DNA of 64,000 bases, from NCBI GenBank assembly GCA_002269645.1, contig NIVC01001011.1:124001-188000 (forward strand), read 5' to 3'. This DNA comes from Macrostomum lignano (lineage: Eukaryota). Position numbers and translations under genes: made by a program. Shown here piece after piece: positions 63,501 through 64,000 of this stretch (positions are counted from its first letter, which is position 1; every line of letters begins with the position of its first letter). Under the pieces are notes generated by a model. The model searched no databases. It was not told the DNA's origin and was given only the letters and a program-made list of their open reading frames with translations.

Positions 63501-64000
63501 CTCTTCTTCACTTGTGCCATCGTGGCACAGCAGGACGTCTTCAAACTGTGGAAGGCGTTTGTATGCAGTGCGAAACAGCTGCAGAGCTAAGGACAGATGA
63601 TTCTTGGCTTCAAGACAGAAAGTGATGGGTGCTTTTTGGTTGAAGAGTTGCTTGAAATTTTCGTTTGCTTTTCGTGTCCGTCTTAAAGACTTTGCACTTG
63701 TAGACAATAGCTCAAGAAATAGATTGACGTCCCCGAAGCTAAGGAAGTCTTTGTAGGACGAACGAATGTTTTGCAAATAAATCTCCCATAATTTTTTGAA
63801 TGCTTCATGGGCTTTTGCACCTCCAATATCTGCAACGTTGAGTTCTTCATCAGCAGTTTTCCAGTTATCTCTCTCCTGGGAGTCAGCGGGAGTTAGCTTA
63901 TTTTTCTCCAGTTTGCTGGCCAGATCAATAGCTTTGGGCTTTAAGACATCAAGTGGCTCTTCAGGGCTTGTATATCGAAATAAAATCTTGATCGTCTTGC
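51600..64000 (-). CDS. RNF213: RNF213/mysterin-like giant AAA+ ATPase / E3 ubiquitin ligase, 3' part; 5' end outside the window
   Basis: Reading frame open from the right edge to the donor at 58739. Walker motifs GETGCGKT/FFDEINT and GKPGSSKS/VLDEIG. ISNWALDPAKMNR, VDIGLGTHR, FPIPLLNRLEKH. Further exons 58638-58491, 57803-57152, 57007-56747, 56645-56539, 56332-55865 (RING), 55770-55260, unresolved small exons ~55120-54975, ~54290-53990 (YLPAMPHD), 53920-53886 and 53798-52386 (RZ finger), 52169-51600. Confidence 0.93.

Overview
Eukaryotic (invertebrate animal) genomic DNA. The gene set, GC-rich third codon positions and dense minisatellite arrays suggest a flatworm such as Macrostomum; this is inference, not verified. 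Host genes: two tandem innexins (- strand; one complete 3-exon gene, one running off the left edge through a GATA-filled intron), an intronless secreted PAN/apple + C-type lectin, an FHL (four-and-a-half LIM) gene, a CHTOP/FOP-like RGG protein, and the 3' ~12.4 kb of an RNF213/mysterin-like AAA+ / RING / RZ E3 ligase. Mobile elements: a piggyBac with one frameshift; a very young 2,375-bp Ty3/Gypsy-type element with identical LTRs and a 5-bp TSD that encodes only Gag-protease plus integrase stubs; two TIR elements with 8-bp TSDs (one carrying a Merlin/ISXO2-like transposase fragment); and a degraded nest of LINE and tyrosine-recombinase retroelement fragments. About a third of the window is tandem repeat (GATA, TAAC, and 22-, 23-, 26-, ~29-, 30-, 44- and 46-bp units). 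No rRNA, tRNA or CRISPR array was seen. No wholly new system could be established. The best leads are the RT-less Gag-PR LTR element, the repeat-filled introns with a shared ~22-23-bp period, and the invertebrate RNF213 with a variant RING.
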